Part shown: piece after piece, positions 44,795 through 51,292 of the stretch
How positions within the stretch are numbered: position 1 is the first letter of the stretch
Layout: each line of letters opens with the position of its first letter
Assembly (NCBI GenBank): GCA_905178155.1
Contig: CAJINV010000013.1
Span: 1-51,292, forward strand
Length of the DNA stretch: 51,292 nt
Direction: 5' to 3'
From: Amoebophrya sp. A120
Taxonomy: Eukaryota; Protista; Dinoflagellata
Position numbers and translations under genes: made by a program
Notes under the pieces: model-generated
Seen by the model: the letters and a program-made list of their open reading frames with translations, nothing else
Database searches by the model: none
Told to the model about the DNA's origin: nothing

Positions 44795-46505
44795 AACTCC
44801 CTCCTCCGACGCGCGGCAGGAATAGCCTGCCCTGATACCCTGAGACTTTCTCTATCGAATGTGTGAAATTAAAAGTCAATTATGTGTGTGAGGATTTGCT
44901 TCTGTAGCGACTAGCGCAGCATACGCAACGCGGCCACTGATGGGGTGTTCCGTTTCTGATCTGCGCATTGAGTTTTTGCTTCGCCTCATTTGAATGGGAT
45001 GCATCGGGACTCTTGCCAAAAAAGTTATGTGTTGCACCAAGATTTTTGTCTATGCAGAAGATTGTGACTTGATCATCGAAGATGCGCTGGACGTCGACGT
45101 CCTTCAATTTGGAAGCATCTTTCGAAGGTCACACCTGTCACTACCCAATGGTCCAAGTACGCACCCGACTAGTTGCTTTTATATTTTTGATCAATGACAA
45201 ATTTATAGAGCATACCGGGCAACTAGAGTTTTACTTTATTTCAGAAGCGTGATTGACGAGGCAATTTTACGATGTGCAGGCACTGAAACCGCACGAAAAA
45301 GCTTCAACACAAAACTCGACAGTTTTCGCAACAAAAAACAAAATTTGGTTTTCAACAATACCGCTCGGGGTCGGGCGCTGCCCTACTACTGGGCGGTCGC
45401 GCTAACATCAGGTCTTTAGCACTTTGTTACTTCCGCTTTGGTTTTGGAGGAATCTAAGCGCAATAAATGTCTATCGGAGGTTCTGATTTGTTGACAGGCG
45501 ACGAAACTGACGAAACTGGTGTTGCTGGTATATATCAAGAAACTTTCAGGGTGTTGCATATCGAAAATTTTCCACGGGTCATTGAGTTTATTTTATTTTC
45601 AACAGAGAGTCAGCGCGTCTGGACATATAAGATTTTAGTTCTTGAAGAGAAGTAGTCTGCTTCGTGTGTGTCTGTTTAGTCACAAGAAATGCAAGCACTT
45701 TGCTCCCGACGGAGCAGCTTCGCACTAATGAAAGAAATAAGTACATCGCTCTTGCTGTTTTTGCCAGGTAGTCGCTTTTACATGTTTATGTCACCAGTGT
45801 GGGAATCTGACGGAAGTCAGCGAGATAATGAGTTGTTTTCTGCTGGATTGAAAGACAAGGCACAAGTTTCAATCGCAGCAAAAAGCCCAAGGAAAGACGC
45901 CACCCTACGAAAAGAAGGAATAGATGTATGTAGAAAACTTGGTTAGAGAAGTTAGCGAGAAAAAAATTGGTAACGCGTTGCATTTCGAGCCGAGTAGGCC
46001 TTTGCACCATTTCCGTAGTCGATAAATACTGCGTTGCTGCTTAAACGACATATTATATTCTCGCTCCGGGAAGATGCGCCACGGAGTGTCAAACTTTGGA
46101 CCGAAGCTAAAAAAAAGATCATGATCAACCCGGGACAATGTGACCCGAGTCGATTCTACGTAATTTTCCGTGTTGATAAACCGCAGGAGCGGTCGACTGT
46201 CGACGCTTCCTTTCAGCACATTCATTTGCACGCAATTCAAAGGGGTTCCAAGAAAGACACTCAACAGCGCAAGCCTCTTTCCATGCGGAAAGCAGGTGTT
46301 CATGAATATAAATATGTTTCGTGCCGCACTCCGTCCCGGACAAGGATGGCCTGAAAGGAACTGGATTACAATTTGGGAAAGTCTTGTCCGATTCCAAAGT
46401 CGCCGCGGCATTGGAGATGAGGGATACGTAGCTGCACTACTGCAGAGATTCTCTTCTGGTGGGCAAGACCGCGTCGCCCGAACGATCTTGCTCCGGGCCA
46501 GAAAA

Positions 46506-48887
46506 CTATTTGACGGATTGTTTCGCCGGCGATTCGAGCTGGTCTGGCACGATAGGCACAACGCCGGTGAACGCTGCTCGAAACACTGCAGCTAAAGCAT
46601 CTTCGCTCACGTAGGGCGCTCCGTTTTTTTGTGTTCTCTCGTTACTCGTGCCACTACGAGCAGTAGTGCTGTTGGCTTTATCCGAAATAATGTCGTTCAC
46701 ACACGGGAGTAGCTGATTTGCGAAGGTGCGATACAGGCCGCTTTCCTCGCGGGAGGGCTTTCCTGCGCTGGGCGCGACATCGAGTGACCATGCCGACGTG
46801 GTGAAATCTGAAGGGCCTGACACTTCTGCGCTTGTTGCGCCCCCATCGATTGAAGATGGTCTCGAGGAAGATGGTGCGGAGACATGGGTCGCGCGCTGCT
46901 GCTGCCGAGACGTGCCCCTGCTGTGGAAACTTGGTTCGCTGCTGCGAAGTCTATTTTTGCGCCTCCTCCTGTGCGCCTCCTCCTGCTTTCCTCGCAACAG
47001 TTGCAGGTGTCGCTCCGGCTGTTCCTGCCGCTGCAATGCCTGGCGTTGTTGATGTGTCGGATGTTGCAGCTGTTGCTGCATTGGGTCCTCGGTGTTCTCA
47101 GTTCGGACCTGGTCGTGCGTTGAGGCCTGTTGCTGGAACTGTCGCTGCACCTGCTCTTCTTCGGCTGGCTGGCTATGCGTTCCTCCTAGGTGCTGAGTTT
47201 CTTGCTCCATCTGGCCCCCATCGGCGTTCGGCTGGTTATCCGGTGTATGTTGCTGGAGCTGTCCCTCCGTCTCGTCCGGGGCGCTCTCCTCCAAGGTGAC
47301 TTGTTGCTGTGCCAGCTGCTGGCGCTGAGGCTGACTCACGTGCAACGTAGCTGCGTCCTGTGTGTGGTGCTGTAGCTGTTGCTCCGTCTGCTCGATCCCC
47401 TCCTCGGCGGTTTGCTCCAACGTGACTTGCTGCTGTGCCAGCTGCTGGCGTGGACTCGCGTGCGACGTAGCGATAGTGTCGTGCTGTGCGTGGTGCTGTA
47501 GCTGTTGGTCCGTTTCGCGCCCCTCCTCGGCGGGCTGCCTCAAGGTGACTTCTTGCTGTGCCAACTGCTGGCGCTGAGCCACCAGCGACGCAGCCTGTTG
47601 CTGTCCCTGCTGCTGACGCTGGGCCTGCTGCGAAATGGCTTGTTGCTGTACCCGCTGCTGTAGACTGGCTTGTTGCTGGGGCTGCTGCTGAGTATTTTGC
47701 GTCTGTGTCTGTCGGACCTGGGCCTCGTGCAAGTCAATGGCCGCCACTGCAGAGGCTGGGTCTGCAGTTGCTGTAGCCACTGCCAAAGGTGCGCCTGAGA
47801 CGGCAAGACCAGACGGCCCCATATTAGAATTCGTAACCCAGTTAGTGTGCCCGCTGTCATGATTCTCACTCCCACCATGGTGCTCTTGATGCTGGGCCTC
47901 GTGTAAGTCAGGCCCCGTCACTGCCACACGCTGGGCTCGAGTTTCACTTGCTGTAGCCACTGCCAGCGGTGCGCTTGAGACGGCAAGACCAGACGGCCCC
48001 ACATGAGAATTCGTAAGCAAGTCAGTGTGCCCCCTGTCATCGTCACTCCCACCATGGTGCTCTTGATGCTGAGCCTCATGCAAGTCAGTCCCCGTCACAG
48101 TCACTGCAACAGGCTGGGCTGGAGTTACTACACTTGCTGTAGCCACTGCCGGTGGTGCGCTTGAGACGGCAAGACCAGACGGCCCCATATTAGTATTCGT
48201 AAGCCAGGAGTCGGTATGCCCCCTGTCATCGTCACTCCTACCATGGTGCTCTTGATGCTGGGCCTCGTGCAAGTCAGGCCCCGTAACTGCAACAGGCTGG
48301 GCGGGAGTTACTACACTTGCTGTAGCCACTGCCGGTGGTGCGCTTGAGACGGCAAGACCAGGCGGCCCCATATTAGTATTCGTAAGCCAGTCGGTGTGCC
48401 CCCTGTCATCGTCACTCCCACCATGGTGCGCTATGCCCGCCACTGCAACAGGCGGTGCTGGAGTTACATTCGTTGTAGTAACTGCCAGCGGTATGCTTGA
48501 GACGTCAAGACGACCAGACGGCCCTGGATCGGAATTCGTAAGCCAGTTAGTGTGCCCCCTGTCGTCATCGCCCCCACCAAAGACGCTTTGTGGAGGCAAC
48601 GCTACGACTCCGCTACCTGGCTCACCAGCAGAGCTATGCCTGATCGGATCACTATTTGAGGGGACAAAAGAGCTAATGACGCCTGATGCTGCGAGGAGTC
48701 CGACTGTTCCAACTACAGTGGCGATTGTGCTCCAAACCGCTGAGCCAGTTGTCGCTGCTGCGTCGTCGATTCCAAAACGCGTCGCGTCTTCGTCTATTTT
48801 CGCAGTAGTATCGCACGCCGAGGCACCGGGTTCTGCCTCTATTGGACAAGGGTAATCATCGCCCGGAGCTTCACACACATCTGCCAA
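46506..48887 (-). CDS. Tandem-repeat, His/Gln-rich protein with one N-terminal hydrophobic segment (probably continues in further exons)
   Basis: 793-aa ORF with a TM-like stretch WSTIATVVGTVGLLAASGVISSFV, five ~60-aa repeats and a Gln-rich region. Confidence 0.75.
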   Translation of the reverse strand: MADVCEAPGDDYPCPIEAEPGASACDTTAKIDEDATRFGIDDAAATTGSAVWSTIATVVGTVGLLAASGVISSFVPSNSDPIRHSSAGEPGSGVVALPPQSVFGGGDDDRGHTNWLTNSDPGPSGRLDVSSIPLAVTTTNVTPAPPVAVAGIAHHGGSDDDRGHTDWLTNTNMGPPGLAVSSAPPAVATASVVTPAQPVAVTGPDLHEAQHQEHHGRSDDDRGHTDSWLTNTNMGPSGLAVSSAPPAVATASVVTPAQPVAVTVTGTDLHEAQHQEHHGGSDDDRGHTDLLTNSHVGPSGLAVSSAPLAVATASETRAQRVAVTGPDLHEAQHQEHHGGSENHDSGHTNWVTNSNMGPSGLAVSGAPLAVATATADPASAVAAIDLHEAQVRQTQTQNTQQQPQQQASLQQRVQQQAISQQAQRQQQGQQQAASLVAQRQQLAQQEVTLRQPAEEGRETDQQLQHHAQHDTIATSHASPRQQLAQQQVTLEQTAEEGIEQTEQQLQHHTQDAATLHVSQPQRQQLAQQQVTLEESAPDETEGQLQQHTPDNQPNADGGQMEQETQHLGGTHSQPAEEEQVQRQFQQQASTHDQVRTENTEDPMQQQLQHPTHQQRQALQRQEQPERHLQLLRGKQEEAHRRRRKNRLRSSEPSFHSRGTSRQQQRATHVSAPSSSRPSSIDGGATSAEVSGPSDFTTSAWSLDVAPSAGKPSREESGLYRTFANQLLPCVNDIISDKANSTTARSGTSNERTQKNGAPYVSEDALAAVFRAAFTGVVPIVPDQLESPAKQSVK
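47725..48570 (-). repeat. Coding tandem repeat, five copies of ~180 nt
   Basis: Recurring DDDRGHTxWLTNxxxGPSGLAVSSAPxAVATA..DLHEAQHQEHHGGS, clearly conserved at DNA level. Confidence 0.9.
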
Positions 48888-49332
48888 GCCATCCTCCTAT
48901 AGCTGAGAAGCAATTTCGTCGCGGCATGATGAGTAATTGCGCTACACACAGATACAGTATTGATAGTGCGGGCGCCCACACCTACTCACTCGCGCGGCCC
49001 CAGTGCATGCATTTATTTCTGCTTGCTGCGCAAACACCAAACAGAGACTAGGGAAAGGGATAAACTCAATCTTATGAAAATGGAAAAAATGCCCTACCCA
49101 TGCTCAAAAAATCACTCGGTGTGGTGCGATATGTATGTTCACAAGACATGTTGCATTGGAAAAAGGCAATTGGCGTTCAGGAGGTAGCTTCTAAGCCTGC
49201 GCAAGGATACATGCGCGTACCTGTAGTTTGGCATGGCTTGTAGCTCTGCTGCGCCACAAACAGCAATACAAATCTCTACCATGACTAGATATAAGTCAGA
49301 AAGCCCATTATTTAATATAATAGTATCCCGCA

Positions 49333-49449
49333 ATAGAAACAAAGAATAGAAACGAAAAACAAAAACAAAGAATGGAAACGAAAAACGAAAACAAAGAATG
49401 AAAACGAAAAACGAAAACAAAGAATAGAAACGAAAAACGAAAACAAAGA
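49333..49449. repeat. A-rich 25-bp minisatellite (AAAACAAAGAATRRAAACGAAAAACG-like), ~4.5 copies
   Basis: Directly visible tandem array. Confidence 0.9.
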
Positions 49450-51000
49450 GCGAACTGGGGACGCGTTGCGGGAGGTCGCGAACACCTCGAGCGTGGACTG
49501 GCTAGAAACCGGCTTGCAAGTGATCGACGACTCAAACGTCGCGGCCTCGTCCGTTCTCCCCGAGATCGGCGCGAAGGCAGGGCGGGGGTGGTCCGTCCTC
49601 CATGAGGCAGAGGAACAGGGCCGCTTCGAGGCGACGTGGAAAAACGAAGGCACGCCGGCGCTGGTAGACACCCTTAGGGAGTCCAGCCTGGTGCTGTATT
49701 GTGACGGGTCGGCCAAAGACTTTGCCGGGTCTTGTGGCGTCTTTCTGCATGGGTTCGGCATCCAATGTGGGGCGGCGTGGCCCATCGGGCTCCACACGGA
49801 TTCGTACGAAACCGAACGCATGGCGCTCATCGCAGCCTTCCGAGCGGTGACACGCCACGCGCTGAAAAGCGAGCAGGTGACGATCTGCACGGGCAGCCAG
49901 TCCAACGTGCGGGCGCTGCTCAATCCGAGACTGCGGGACGACCTGGACGCCGAGGTCTACACGGCTGCAGCGGACGCGCTGCAAAGCTGCGCCAAGCTGG
50001 TCGTCCGATATGTGCCAGGGCACTCCGGCATCGCGGGGAACGTGGTCGCCGACCACCTCGCGGGGTACGCCAACCGCAGCGACCTGCAGGAAGAGGGCGA
50101 GCCGATCACGCACAAGCAGTTCAAAACGGAGGCCCGCCGCTACGTGCGGAACGAAGCCCGCCGGAACCTGGCCGAACGGCAACGGGACGAAAAGACAAAG
50201 AGCAAAACAGCGCAAACGCTCCAGGAAACAGGGGGCTGGGGGCGTGATCTGGTGACCGACGCCGGCGGCCGCGTTGGCCAGACCATGTATTACGCCCTGC
50301 GCTTTGGGTTGTTGGCGGCGCAGCCGAGTGGGGAAGACCTCGACTGTGCTCTATGTGGACAGGGGAAGGCGACGACGGCGCACTTCGTGCACGAGTGTCC
50401 GATCACGCAGCCCTTCTTCCGCTCCTGGGACCTCGGGCACATGGAAGAGTGCCGCGACAAACCGAACCAAGTCGCGAGGGCCCTGGCGGAAGCCAATGCA
50501 ACCCTTGCACCACTCACCGGCCCCTTCCCAGCAATCCGGCGCCAGTGGTGGTCTGACGCACGCGGCCGCAACGCGGTTGATGAGTGACGCTCTGCAAAAG
50601 ACTCCAGACTAGTTGCAAGCTTTTCCTCTCATAGACGCCTTCTCTTTCTCAAAGGCTCTGATCTTGACTTTACACACTTAGCCGAAAGCTTCTACTTCGC
50701 ATGTAAATTTTTGTAGTGATCAAAAGGTTAAAAAGCGACCAAAGTGTCGCGATCTCCCTAAGCAAGGCAGGACTGGTTCAACCTGCAGCCAGCTGTGCCT
50801 TTTTTCAACGACAGATGGTTCTGGGCAGTAGTATCTTTTTCCAGCAGGCCGTTTTTATTTTTAAAGCAGTTTCACGCTAGCACTACCGGTAGCAGTCACT
50901 GAGTATTTTTTCAAGCTTCTTTGCGTAAGAGGGATTTTTATTGAAATAGCGCTAAAGAAAAAAGGTGAGTAATCGCGTTTCCACCTTACCGCATGTCTAC
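49450..51000 (+). mobile_element. 5'-truncated non-LTR retrotransposon (RNase H + C-terminal CCHC finger + probable 3' UTR)
   Basis: ORF 49466..50587 has RNase HI motifs LYCDGS, ETERMAL, ICTGSQS and YVPGHSGIAGNVVADHLA, then CALC..TAHFVHECP. It is GC-rich relative to its flanks and has no RT domain. The 3' end is inferred. Confidence 0.8.
49466..50587 (+). CDS. Retrotransposon ORF2 C-terminal fragment (RNase H, zinc knuckle)
   Basis: 373-aa ORF with the motifs above; no ATG start. Confidence 0.75.
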   Translation: MREVANTSSVDWLETGLQVIDDSNVAASSVLPEIGAKAGRGWSVLHEAEEQGRFEATWKNEGTPALVDTLRESSLVLYCDGSAKDFAGSCGVFLHGFGIQCGAAWPIGLHTDSYETERMALIAAFRAVTRHALKSEQVTICTGSQSNVRALLNPRLRDDLDAEVYTAAADALQSCAKLVVRYVPGHSGIAGNVVADHLAGYANRSDLQEEGEPITHKQFKTEARRYVRNEARRNLAERQRDEKTKSKTAQTLQETGGWGRDLVTDAGGRVGQTMYYALRFGLLAAQPSGEDLDCALCGQGKATTAHFVHECPITQPFFRSWDLGHMEECRDKPNQVARALAEANATLAPLTGPFPAIRRQWWSDARGRNAVDE

Positions 51001-51062
51001 AAACAAACAAAAACAAAGAATGAAAACAAAAAACGAAAACAAAGAATAGAAACGAAAAACAA
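51001..51062. repeat. Second block of the same A-rich 25-bp minisatellite
   Basis: 51010-51060 matches 49388-49438 with one mismatch. Confidence 0.88.
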
Positions 51063-51107
51063 CAGCAACGAAATGCAGACAAAGTCAGTGCCCAAGCTTC
51101 TACGCGG

Positions 51108-51292
51108 CGAAGCCTCGAAACGATGAGGCCTCGAAATGTCGAAGCAGCGAAGCCTCGAAGCAGCGAAGCCTCGAAGCAGCGAAGCCCCGAAGCAGCGAAG
51201 CCTCGAAGCAGCGACGAAGCCTCGAAGCAGCGACGAAGCCTCGAAGCAGCGACGAAGCCTCGAAGCAGCGACGAAGCCTCGAAGCAGCGACG
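51108..51292. repeat. Minisatellite CGAAGCCTCGAAGCAG (16 bp), then CGACGAAGCCTCGAAGCAG (19 bp), running off the window
   Basis: Directly visible tandem array. Confidence 0.92.

Noticed and set aside
97-48855. Numerous plus-strand ORFs of 60-280 aa (e.g. 19869..20708, 25411..26214)
   Set aside because: They are antisense shadows of long minus-strand exons, rich in Ser/Arg/Leu and without recognisable motifs.
49139-49535. Phe/Val-rich ORFs resembling membrane proteins (also 50861..51082)
   Set aside because: They are translations of the A-rich minisatellite on the minus strand.
51108-51292. CRISPR array
   Set aside because: Head-to-tail repeats with no unique spacers and no cas genes; the same applies to 49333-49449.

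Overview
Eukaryotic genomic DNA. Co-oriented genes, low-complexity proteins and non-GT-AG introns bounded by inverted repeats suggest a syndinean dinoflagellate parasite such as Amoebophrya (inference). About 38 kb (window edge to ~37.9 kb, minus strand) reads as one multi-exon gene for a giant RNF213/mysterin-like protein. It has a dynein-like AAA+ core with clear RNF213 signature motifs and a variant RZ finger, with no RING seen. Further 3' lies a Josephin-like (Machado-Joseph family) cysteine protease domain, which would put a ubiquitin ligase and a putative deubiquitinase in one chain of roughly 9,000-10,000 aa. Nearly every intron I could resolve looks like a small non-autonomous DNA transposon (introner): TAT...ATA terminal inverted repeats, often a 5-bp target-site duplication, and the frame is restored when the element plus one duplication copy is removed. 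Upstream on the same strand lie a DUF4116-repeat gene and a tandem-repeat, Gln-rich membrane-protein gene, both with similar introns. The right end holds a 5'-truncated RNase H-bearing non-LTR retrotransposon inside an A-rich minisatellite, followed by a terminal minisatellite. Exon and intron coordinates were derived by eye and are accurate to a few bases at best.
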